Source of the DNA: Emiliania huxleyi CCMP1516 | Taxonomy: Eukaryota | DNA length: 64,000 bases | Assembly (NCBI RefSeq): GCF_000372725.1 | Contig: NW_005202428.1 | Coordinates: 2,593,791-2,657,790 of the forward strand | Direction of reading: 5' to 3' | In this document: positions 53,629 to 64,000 of the stretch, piece after piece | Layout of the letters: every line of letters begins with the position of its first letter | How positions within the stretch are numbered: the first letter of the stretch is position 1 | Translations under genes and position numbers: made by a program | The notes under the pieces: generated by a model | The model's input: the letters and a program-made list of their open reading frames with translations, nothing else | What the model was told of the DNA's origin: nothing | Databases searched by the model: none

Positions 53629-55100
53629 TCACACGCTAAACGCAAACGAGGCGAGGGCGGCGGGGCACTCCAAGTTGAACGCAAAGGCGATCCGGGCAGT
53701 GCTGGCGTCCAACCCGCCGGACGCCTTCCCCGCCGCCCCCCCTCCCGCCGCCTCGCCGGACACGACCGCGTGCGGCAGCCAGGCTGGAAATATGATCAGG
53801 TCCCCCTCGCGCGGCGAGAAAACTCGCTGCTCGATGAACGGAGCGCGCAGCGCGCCGGACGACGGGTCGCCGCCGCCGCCAGGCAGGCCTCCCTCGTCGC
53901 GCAAGTTGAGCCGGAGACCGCCGGCGCCGCCGGTGGCGGCGCCCACGTCCGCCCACGGCACTCCCCGCGGGTCGTCAAAGACGAGCGGCGCGACGCCGCC
54001 GGCTGCGGGCAGCGACGCGTAGAAGACGCCCGAGCAGAGGTTCCCCTCGTGGTTGTGGCGGTGGTGCGCCTGCGCGGGAGCGCCGAGGAGCGGATCAGAC
54101 GGTCGAGCGACGGCTCCCCCGCCCCGCGGCCGTGGCGGTGGGCGCGCCTCGCTCGGCTGCAGCACCGCCGCCCAGAGGGAGAGCGGCGCGTCCCGCAGCA
54201 GCGCCTCGAGCTCCTCCCTAGCCTACGGCGCCAAACACCCCACGCCGCGGTGGCGACCCCGCCCCGCCCCGCGCGCGCCTCCTCCCGAGTTCCTCAAGCG
54301 CCTCCCCTCCGAGCCGTGCGCTGTAGCTCAGGTGAGAGATGCACGCGCGCCGCGCCACCCGCTCGAGCGCGAGCACGTCCGGCTGCCGCCGCACGAGCCG
54401 CTGGTTGCGCATCTGCGCGCGGAAAAACTCGCCGTTCTCGAGCGGCGCGGTCGGGTCGGACCGGTTGGTCGACGCCTGGCGGCGGTCGGGCGAGAGGGGA
54501 GAGGCGTCGGCGCCGGGCGTGCACCGGCGTGTTCCCCGCGTGCCCCGCGCGCCTTTTGGTACAGCGCGAGTGCAAAGCGCGTCAGCCGCCGCCGGAAGGC
54601 CTCGTCGCCCGCCTAGAGGACGGCCGCCACAAGGAGCTGCCGACTAGGCTCCAGCCCGCCCGGCGGAAGGGCTCCGTCGCCAACCGTCCCGACGCCGACC
54701 AGAGTCGGAAAGACGCTGCCCACTCGGAGCGGAGAGAGCGAGTGAGCGCCATACGCACCACCGGAGGCACCCTCCCGAGCGGGCCGCCATCGCGAGACCA
54801 GCCCCCGCACCCACTCGCGCCACCCCCCGCCCTCGCCGCCCTCGCCGCCGGCGGAAGAGGCCTCCGCCTCCGCCTCAACCGCGTGCGGGCCGAGCCACTC
54901 GCCCGTCGGCTCGAGCACGAGGACGGACGCGAGCCGGTCGGGGGACGTCGCGAGCCCGACCAGGCCAGCTGCGAGTGGCGCCTGGCCCGGGGCCTCCAGG
55001 CCGCCGCAATCGGTGGCGGCCTGGAGCATGAACACGAGGAGGGTCTGATCTTACGTTGCATCGTGCCGTGTCTTCACAAAGGGCGTCGGATGCAGTCAAG
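53629..55100 (-). CDS. Putative 2OG-Fe(II) oxygenase, spliced; start uncertain
   Basis: HHRHNHEGNLCSGVFYA, LVFDDPR, PREGDLIIFPAWLPHAV, RIAFAFN. Confidence 0.78.
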
Positions 55101-55137
55101 GCGGCTGCAACACAGCCGAGTATCTCGAGCGCGCTAG

Positions 55138-56185
55138 TCAGAGCACAAGGAATCTGTTTTCCGCATCTAGAATTCCGGCCGTGGCGGCGGCGGCGGCGGC
55201 GGCGGTGGGGATGGCGGCGGCTTGGCGGCGCGCGAGCGTCTCCAGGCCTGCTCTGACGCGGGGCGGCGCGTGCGGCGCCCAGCGGTGGAGCAGCCGCAGC
55301 AGCGGGGTGGAGAGGTGCGGGTGTGCGCGGCGTGCGCCCGCGAAGGCAGTGCAGACCTCGAGCAGCGTGAGCTGGTCGGGCACGGACACGGCGAAGGCGA
55401 CGTGCGCGGTGGCGGTGAGCTCCCTGCGGGTGGCAGGGAGGGCGGCCGCCGAGGGGCAGTGTGCGCAGCGGTGCTGCGCAGCGGCGTGGGTGCGGGTGCG
55501 CTCCACTGCCCTCTGCTACCCTCTGCTACCCTCTGCTACCCTCTCACCACGATGCGGCAGACGGGGAGGCGCGCAGGAGCTCGAGCGCCGCGGTGAGGGC
55601 AGAGTAGACTGCAGCCACGGCCTCCTCGCCGGACCGCCTACGCATCTGCCTCGCGGGGGCAGCCGCTTCAGCCGGCGTCGCCGTTGACGTCTGTCCCGCA
55701 GCCTCAGCCGCTGCCTCTGCCGCCGCCTCCGCCGCCGCCGGCTCCGCCGCTTTCTTTGCCGCGCTCTCTGCGGGGCTGCCGGGTGCCACCGTCTCGCTGC
55801 CGTCGCCCTGCGACGGCGAGCTGCTGGCGACGGCGGCCGGGTCGCATGGCCTGTTGTCAGCTCCGCGCCAAGTGCCGCTGCCGTCCCGCCAGGCAGCGCG
55901 GTGCTCGCTGTCGCCGAGCCGGCAGGCGGGAGGCTGCTGTCCAGGCGCGACGCCGCGCAGCAGCGGCAGCAGACGAGGTGGCGTAGCCAGCAGCAGACGC
56001 TCCCACAGCAGCGCTGAGTGCCAAGCCGCTTGGCTCTCCCTCTCCAGCCACGGCTCCCACGCCGCCGCAGCGGCACCGCGTGCAGGCATGAGGGAGAGCG
56101 GCGTCACCGCTGGCTGCCACGGCGACCATGCGAGGAGCAGCCCAACCGAGAGCCCACCGATGAAGTAGTGGGACTCGCTCGGCAT
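55138..56185 (-). CDS. Hypothetical protein with N-terminal hydrophobic anchor, probably one intron
   Basis: ORF 55544-56185 (MPSESHYFIGGLSVGLLLAW) could join ORF 55138-55506 across a (GGTAGCAGAG)n-containing intron. Confidence 0.4.
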
Positions 56186-56399
56186 CCTGGGCGGCGCGGC
56201 GGCCAGAAGAAGAAACCGTAGCCCTTCCAGGTGAAGGTGGTGCTGAGCTTCTTAGTTAGTCAAAAACAGTTCCGCGTACGACGGCGTGTACACACCTCAC
56301 CGTATAAGCCCCACATACTCAGGCCGTCCAAAAAGCCCAGCACAGCACGAACATACTGTAATGTGTAATCAACCGCCGGGGCACTCTCTCCGCCTCTCC

Positions 56400-58755
56400 G
56401 AGGAGCCCACGAGGTGCAGCGCCTCGCTCCCGCCTCCGCGCCTGAGTCACGGCCCTGGCTCAGGGCTCTGCTCTGCAGACGATCTGATAATCCACGTCGC
56501 AGTCCGGCGGAACCGTGGGCAGGAGCGAGGCGCTCACGTTCGCAGCCGCGCCTTGCTCGGCGGCGGCGGCGGCTGGCGGCGCCTCGCCGCTCGCCTCGCC
56601 GCTCGAGCGCCGCGCCCGCCGCCTGCGCGCCGCGTCGAGGCGCTGCTCGACGCCCTCCATCACCACCGGCCCCGTCCCCGCGGCGCAGAGCAGCGGCAGC
56701 ACGAGCTCGTAGCCGCGCGTGAGCTCGAAGAGGAGGAGCGCCTGGAGAGGAGCGGCATGCGTTCAGAGAGAGCAGGCTGTGACCAAGGTCGCGACTTCGA
56801 GGAGGAGGAGCGCCGACGTGAGCGGCGCGCCAAAGACGCTCGACAGGAAGGCGGCGCCGCCGACCATGGCGAAGGTGGGCGCGTTTGCCACGGAGGTTGC
56901 GCCAGCGAGGGCGGGCACGGCGGAGGCGAGGAGGGCGAGGGCCCGCGCGGCCGCCTGGGGGCACGGGACGACGACCTTCAAGGAGGTGTCTGTGTGAGGT
57001 GTCTGGGAGGTGTCCGGGAGGTGAGTGGGAGGTGTCGGGGAGGAGAGTGTCCAGGGAGTGTCCTGCACCCGGTGGTACACAACTCCGAGGGAGGAAGAGA
57101 AGAGAAGAGAAGAGAAGAGAAGAGAAGCTCCACCTGGTGGTACACAACTCCGAGGGAGGAAGAGAAGAGAAGAGAAGAGAAGAGAAGAGAAGAGAAGAGA
57201 AGCTCCACCTGGTGGTACACAACTCCGAGGGAGGCGCCGAGGAGGAGGGAGGGGGCGAAGGTGCCGCCGACGAGCCCGCTCGCCACGCAGCCGGAGGTGG
57301 CGACCAGCTTGGCGACCAGCAGGCCGGCGCCAGGCAGGGCGGGGCCGCCGCCCGCCGCAGCGCCGGCGAGGGGCGAGCCGAGCGCGGCGTTGAGCGTGGC
57401 GGCGCTCAGCGGCAGCGACTGCACGATCGCGTCCAGGGTGGCGTAGCCCGAGAAGAGGACCTGCGGGGCGGCGGAGGGGGAGGGCCTCGCGGGGAGGGCG
57501 TGGCGGAGCCCGCCTCGCGCGGTGAGGCGACCTGCGGGAAGGCGAGGCCGATCGCCCCGCAGCAGAGGCCGCCGAGGGCGGGGCGCGCCATCGGCGGGAC
57601 GGCGCGGAGGGGCCCTCCGCCCCCGGCGCCGTCGTCCACGAAGAGGGCGCGGAGCGCGGCGGTGGTGCGCTTGAAGGCGAGCGCGGTCACCCCCGCGACC
57701 GCGCCGAGCCCCGCGTAGACGGGCAGGGCGGTCCAGCGCAGCCGGACGGGCCAGCCTCCCGGAGGGAGGGCGTGTCCGCTGCCGAGCACCTCCTGCGCAA
57801 CGACCGCTGAGACGAGGCTCGAGAGGACGACGCCGGAGATGGCGGTGCGGGACTTTGCGTCCAGCTCTGCAGAGTCGCGCCTCGCCTCCAGCTCCGACAC
57901 GGACCCGACCTCGGACGCAGAGCCGACGCCAAGCGCGTCCGCCTCGCCGCCGCCCCCGCCGCCCTCGTCCACCGCAGACCGCACCGCCGCCGCCACAATC
58001 TCGAGCGCGAAAAAGACGCCGGCGAGGGGCGCGTTGAAGCCGGCCGCGACACCGGCCGCCGCCCCCACCGCGAGCATCTGCCTCGACCTCCTCTGCAGGT
58101 GCGCCGCGCCCTTCCAGCCCCGCCTCGCCGCCACCGACCCGACCAGGCGGGCGACGCCGCAGCCGATCTCGACCGAGGGACCCTCGGGGCCGAGCGAGTT
58201 GCCGCTGCCGAGGGTAACCGCCGAAGCCGCCGCTCGTGTCGCAAAGGCGGCCGTCCGGAGTGGCACCCCCGACTCGACCTCGGCCACGTGCTCCGCAAGG
58301 CCGGGGCCGAACCGTCCGCCCGGGCTCAGCGCCCGCAAGACGGCGACGGCGACCCCGCCGACCGCGGGCAGCAGCAGCATGGCCGCGCCGCGACGGGCGC
58401 CGCAGCCGGTCCACCCCGCGGTCGTGTCTGCTCCAAACAGCGCCACCGCGCACGCGACGATGCTCAGCTTGAAGCCGGACACCGCGGCGCCGGTGCAGGC
58501 GCCCGTTGCGGCAGAGGCGGCGAGGAAGCGAGAGCGCGAGGAGAGCGACGTGGCGTCCTCCTCCTGGTCACGGACCGCAGCCAGCGGCGCCGCTCTTGCC
58601 GGCACCGAGGTCCGGAATGGGCACCGCCGGTGGGGTGGAGCTGGTGCCGCAAGAGGAGCCTCCGACCAAAGCCGAGGATGCGAGCTCATGGGTGCGTATG
58701 AGGCGGCTGAGGTGGCAGCCAGGAGGGAAAGGGAGAGCCGCGACATTGTGTGCAT
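56400..58755 (-). CDS. CLC chloride channel/transporter (CLC-e/f-like, probably plastid-targeted), spliced; 3' end uncertain
   Basis: GSGNSLGPEGPSVEIG, GAAAGVAAGFNAPLAGVFFALE, SGLVGGTFAPSL, FGAPLTSALLLLE; signal plus transit-like N-terminus. Confidence 0.92.
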
Positions 58756-59521
58756 ACCGGTGCGGCACTCGCGCGAGCGAGCGAGCGAGCCGAAAAAGAA
58801 ACAGAAAAAAAACAGCCCCTTGCGGTGGCGGCGTGCCGTCCTCCCATCCCTCCCTTGGGTTGTCTGTTTTCTTTATTTTTTAGAAAGAACGAAAACAGAC
58901 AACCCAAACGAGGCATAGGGGAGGAGGACAGGGTCCCCACCTGCACGAGCAGGATTTTGGAAGGACGATCAGGGGGACAGGTGGGCTTCTCCCTTCTTCG
59001 CGCACGTCTTCGAGGCACACCTCTCGTCATTGCCACAGCATGTCGTTCCTCGCACCGTACCCACGCGACGGCACCAGCTGACCGAGATCGCGCTCCCTGA
59101 CGGCTGCCGCGTGCCTTACGGGGGCGGCTCACGGCGCGCTCAACAAGTCATCCGAGGGCGGACTGCTGTTACGCTCGACGAGTTGCGACGCCGCTCTAGC
59201 AGCTCGAGTTCAAACGCGAGGCGACCATCGTCTCCGCCGAGCTCGACGACGAGGCGGCCGTTATTATCTCCTTCCTGCCCTCGGAGGGCTGCGGCGGCGG
59301 TGAGAGTCGGCGGCGCGCTCCCGATGACAAATATTCGCCTCACAGTCCAACACGGCTGCTTACACGCCCAGCCGTGCTCTGGTGCGTCGCTATCTTTGGC
59401 CGCACGGACCATACCACACCCCGGAAAAAGTTGGAACCCAGCGCGCCTTGGCTGCTTGGTCATTTGTGAGGATTCGCCGCCTCGCTTGGACCGGCGAGCG
59501 CACACGGCCGATCTCCGCCCG

Positions 59522-60834
59522 ATGCCGGCGCAGCGCACCGTTCCTACCAGCTCGCAGTCACGAAACAGCGAGAGCGGCGCGCCGGCCGCGGCGGCGAGCG
59601 CGCCGCCGCTCCGGCCACTCATCAAGGTCGCTCTGCTCGGCGACAGCCAGGTCGGCAAGACGTCACTGATGAACCGGTTCATCGAGGGCACGTTCGACGA
59701 CACGGAGCTGCAGACGCAGGGCGTCAACTTCATGGAGAAGACGGTCAGCATCCGCGGGCACGAGGTCACGTTTTCGATCTGGGACATCGGAGGCCACAAA
59801 GACTTTGAGTCGATGCTGCCGCTCGCGTGCAACGACGCGGCGGCGATGCTGCTGCTTTTCGACCTCTCCAAGCCGGAGACGCTCGACCGGATCCGGGTCT
59901 GGCACCAGAAGGCACGAGAGCGAAACAAGTTCGCTACGCCCGTCCTGGTCGGCTGCAAGTTTGACCTCATGCTCGAGGCGTCAGCCCTCTTTGCCCCGCC
60001 CCGCTCCGCCCTCTCCGAGCGACACGAGCTCCCGCCGCCCGCCTCCCCGGCAGGCGCCGCTGGAGGAGCAGCGGCACATTGTGCAGATGAGCCACCAGTT
60101 CGCAAAGGCGCGCCACCGCTCCGCACCACTCCGCACCTCTCTCTCACCGCACCCGGCGATGTCCGCGCCGCGGCTCGCAGCGCTTCCAGCAACACGCGTT
60201 GCGACCTGCCACCCCTTCCCAGGCCATCAACGCGCCGCTCGTCTTTTGCGCGCCGTCGGTGCCGATCAACGTGACCAACGTCTTCAAGGTCCGGCCCCCC
60301 CACCCTCCCCTTCCTGCTCCTCTCCCGCCCGGCGGGCTCTCTCTCCCCTCCCTGGCGTGCTCTCTCTCTCTGTCTCCGTTCCCTCGACCCCCCCCCCCCC
60401 CCCCTCCCCCATCCCCAGGTCATCCTCATCTCTCTCTTCGGCCTCGAGCCCGCAGTCCCGCAGCTCACCCGGCTGGGCGAGCCCCTCCTCCTCTACGCCG
60501 GAGGCGACCCTCCCACCCTCCCACCCTCGCCTCAACACCCTTCCCTCCCCTCCCTCCCATCTCGCCGCCCTCCCATCCCTCGCCTCCACTCGCCGCCGAG
60601 CCGCCCCGCCGCAACCACACCACCAACACACGTCTCCCCTCAGGCGAGCTCGACCTCGACTCGGTGGCGGAGCCGCCGCCGCCGCTGCTGCCGCGCAGCA
60701 ATGGTGGCGCCTCACCCCTCGCCGATGTCGCCGGCATGGCGCCCGCTTCGCTCCGCTCGAACTCGTTCGGCGGCGGGCACGCCGGCGCAGAAAAGACGTG
60801 GGGCGCCTCGTCGGGCGCGTCTCTTGGCGTGTGA
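59522..60834 (+). CDS. Spg1/Tem1-family small GTPase, spliced
   Basis: GDSQVGKTSLM, QTQGVNFMEKTVSIRGHEVTFSIWDIGG, MLPLACNDA, PVLVGCKFD; GC-donor introns near 59978 and 60108. Confidence 0.9.
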
Positions 60835-61152
60835 GAGTGTGTGTCCTGAGAGTGTCACAGTCACCTGGGAGCTTATGACCTGGGAACTATATGTGTATGT
60901 CAGTGCGCCTATGCTCATGTCACATGTGTGGTCTCCTTCCCCCTTTTCTCGGCACAGGCACCGCCCACCCACCTCGAGCCACCCACGCCCACGCGCACCC
61001 CAGCACACCCCCCACCACCAAACTAGAACGCGAACGGCGGCGTTTTGCTCGTCCCCTGGCCTGTGGGGTTCTCGTGCGGTCGTGGACGTGCGGTATGAGA
61101 GTTGACGTGAGACACCGTATGCACTAGCACATGCGACATGCACATGACAACA

Positions 61153-61202
61153 TGGACATGGACATGGACATGGACATGGACATGGACATGGACATGGGCA
61201 TG
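61153..61202. repeat. (TGGACA)n hexanucleotide microsatellite
   Basis: About 8 tandem copies. Confidence 0.95.
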
Positions 61203-61690
61203 GCTGTGCGCGGCCGCGCGCGAGGCCCGAGCAAATCGCCGACGAAAAGGAAAGATGTCGCGCAAGCCTCTCTCTCAGCACTGCCACTGCGCACTGGCAC
61301 GACAAAGGGCGTGGACTGGCGCATACTAGTACACACATCGGCACACACACACACACACACACCAACAAAGAGAAGCGGAAGAAATTAATTGAAGAAAATA
61401 GGCGAAGCTCGAAGGACGCTGGACGGGCGGGAAGTAAGTCGGGACAGACGTACGTTGAAGAATATGTATTGGCGGGGACGCAAAGATGGGACGGAGGGTG
61501 GATAGTGTTGCCAACAACTTTGCCAACAACATACCTGATACATGATTACTTTCCGGCCACAAACCTACACATTTTGCCGGCGCCGCGTTTCCGAGGACGA
61601 GTCGGGAATAGGAAATTGGACAAATTTGGGTGGCCGTCATGTCGACGAATTCGTCGACGCGGCAGCAGCACCCGCAAAGGAAGCCGCGAC

Positions 61691-63276
61691 ATGACGGTCG
61701 CTCGTGCGCTGTGTATCGCCGCTACCTTTGCGGGTGCTGCTGCCGCGTCGCGTAGACTGCAGCTGCGCGCGACCAGCGTTTGTTCGACAGCAGCCAACAG
61801 TGCAAGCTGGTGCGCGGCCCGCGCATTGGAGAATGAGGCCCGAGATTGAGCCAAGCTCAGCCGCGGCAACGCCCTCCTGCAGGGGGGGAGGCACCCCGAG
61901 TGCCACGATGAGCTCGACCGACGGCACGTATTCGGCCTCCTACTGCGTCGACGGCGACTATTCGACGTCAGCGACCTTTTGCAAGAGCAACTATGAGTCA
62001 GACGCTTGGATCGAGATCGTCACCGAGCAAGCCTCAGGCGGGACACCCATCAACCACGTGATCCTCTACACAGATGATTCGGGCAAGAGCGATCTCGACG
62101 GCACGATTTCTGTGTACGTGTCCAGCAGCTCCATGGCAGGGAGTCCTGACTCGAGCTACCTTTGCTACAACGCCACTTGGACCGGGCTGGAGGACGCAAA
62201 CGAGCTAACGTCTTCGTCTCTCTCTCTCGGCCGTACGGCTCGACGAGGCTCTCCGCTCTGAGTCCACCCCCGCCCTCTTGCAGGTTTACGGACTGCGAGA
62301 TCGACGTCTCGTCGGCAGCAAATTGCTACACCCTGATCGTGTTGGGCGGTGACCGCTTGCCCGCCGGTGGCCCGTGCTCGCCGTTGCCGTCCACACCCCA
62401 CTCCATGATGGTGCTGTGCCGCTAGGCTCAAATCGCCGCATCAATCTCGCAGAGGCGGCCGTGTGCTACAGCGACTCTCCACCTCCTCCCCCGCTGCCAA
62501 ACCCACCTCCTCCCGCAACCCCCGTCGGCGCCGAGCAAGACCCCCACATCGCCTTTGCTGGAGGCGGGCGCGCCGACTTTCGAGGCCACGACGGCAGCTA
62601 CTACGCCTTCCTCTCGGCTCCTGGAGCTCAGGTCAACGTCAAGACGGAGGATGCCACCTTCAAGCTGCACGACGCGCGGCTGGTTGTTGACGGCTCATTC
62701 ATCACCGAGGTCCACGTGATCGCGGTCGTGGGCGGATGGAAGAAGAAGGCGTTCACGTCGTCGTTTTGGGGTGCCGCTCTCAACGAGTTCAACACCGGGC
62801 ACGGCTTTGTGAACGGCTCGTGCGGCTACCACGGCGGTTTTGCCATGCTGGTGGCCCACTCGAGGCGGTGCGAGGAGGCGGTGACCCGCGTCAAATATTC
62901 CTCCGCCACCATCTCTCTGCGCGGCTGGCAGATAGCCATTCGCGGCAATCACGTGTACGGCCGAGTGAGCGGCCCGACGCACCGGCTAGACGTCTCCTTC
63001 GCCGCCAGCAGCGGCGCGGCCTCTCGCGACGCGCCCCATGGCTTAGTGGGCCAGTCCTTCCTCTCGGAAAAGCGGCGCTCGGGGAAGCTCGACGCGTACC
63101 CAGCGTCCGGCCGGATCGCGACCAGCGCGCAGGCGGAGGGTGCGATCGAGGGCTCGGCGGCCATGTACGAGGTGGCCTCCTCGCACGCCACCAGGTTTGC
63201 CTTCTCTCGATTCGATGCGGAGCCCGGCCTAGAGCCCGGCGAGGCACGTTCCGCGCCGGGAGCCGGCATCATGTGA
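61691..63276 (+). CDS. Secreted protein: galactose-binding/F5-8-like domain, Pro linker and VWD-like (DPH..GGRADFRG) domain, spliced
   Basis: Signal peptide MTVARALCIAATFAGAAAAS; MSST..ASYCVDGD..CKS..DAWIEI; DPHIAFAGGGRADFRGHDGSYYAFLS..GSFITE..PHGLVGQSF..AEGAIEG. Confidence 0.6.
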
Positions 63277-63291
63277 GGCCACGGAAATTCT

Positions 63292-64000
63292 AAGAAAAAA
63301 GAAAGAAAGGAAACAGAGAGCCCATGGGAGGGATGGGAGGACGTCATTCTCTGCTTGTTTTGCGGATGGCAGAATTCTTTTTCACGAGGTGTGCACACCT
63401 GTGTTAGTGCCAGTGCGCGCCAGTCCCGTGCCCCCAGTATGTAAGAAAGAAAGAAAACAGACAACCCAAGGGAGGGATGGGAGGACGGCACGCCGCCACC
63501 ACACAGGGATTTTAAGGAGAGAAGTGCGGTGCTAGCCGTCGCCCACCCTTGGGCGTCCGCCTCTTCCTTCGCAGTTTCTCGCCAATTCTCGCAGCGACCT
63601 TCATGCCACCTCGCGTTCTTCCCACTCTCGTCCTCGTTCTCTCCCGTGCCCAGTGTCGTGCAACCGCGTCCGACTTCTTTTTCAGAGCCCCGTGCCTAGT
63701 GTCGTGCGAGCCACTTGGAGCACTTGGAGTGCAGTCGGTAACCTCACATCCAGGGCCGGGGAGCTAAGAAGCGTACCCAGCGGGCCGGATGATCGGCATC
63801 GGGCTACGGGCTAGAGAGCCCTGACCCCTAGGGGGGTGCGCGTTCGCAGGGAAAGGGCTGTAAAGTAAACACGGGTCCCCGAGGGTTAGCTCTGCGCTCC
63901 GGGTTTCCCCTAGCAGCGGAACGCCCCCTCAGCTCTACTCGGGGCTAGTAGACACCAGACACTATAGCACGACAACACACACATTCCTCACTGACATCAC
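63292..64000. mobile_element. Cluster of interspersed repeat fragments
   Basis: Two minus-strand ~60-bp tail repeats, a copy of the 7365-7510 element end starting TTTTAAGGAG at 63509, and a distal segment ending in CA repeats. Confidence 0.6.

Noticed and set aside
63770..64000. Possible structured RNA or ribozyme near the window end
   Set aside because: No complete hammerhead, HDV or tRNA consensus could be identified by eye; left as a repeat fragment.

Overview
Very GC-rich, intron-containing eukaryotic DNA. Frequent GC splice donors, 10-11-bp intronic tandem repeats and an AP2-like domain suggest a haptophyte such as Emiliania/Gephyrocapsa huxleyi (inference). There are two 100-N gaps. 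About 20 host genes are recognisable, including a cation/H+ antiporter, a cytochrome b5 front-end desaturase, a Tudor-HNH protein, a HAD hydrolase, ATG3, a TBL2-like WD40 protein, a GH5 glucanase, NOC2, a bacterial-type alpha-2-macroglobulin, an F-box/peptidase-C78/AP2 protein, a GH63-like hydrolase, a 2OG-Fe(II) oxygenase, a CLC channel and a Spg1/Tem1 GTPase. MITEs and truncated retroelement ends lie between them. The standout is a ~7.7-kb cassette (23781-31468) bounded by ~1.8-kb inverted repeats. It holds a divergent, intronless gene pair: a 4-TM bacterial-like STING receptor and a predicted lipid-anchored tandem (ankyrin-GGDEF)x2 diguanylate cyclase. This suggests a eukaryotic c-di-GMP/STING signalling or defence module in which a GGDEF enzyme replaces cGAS/CD-NTase. 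All family calls come from reading motifs by eye; no database search was run. Spliced-gene boundaries are approximate.
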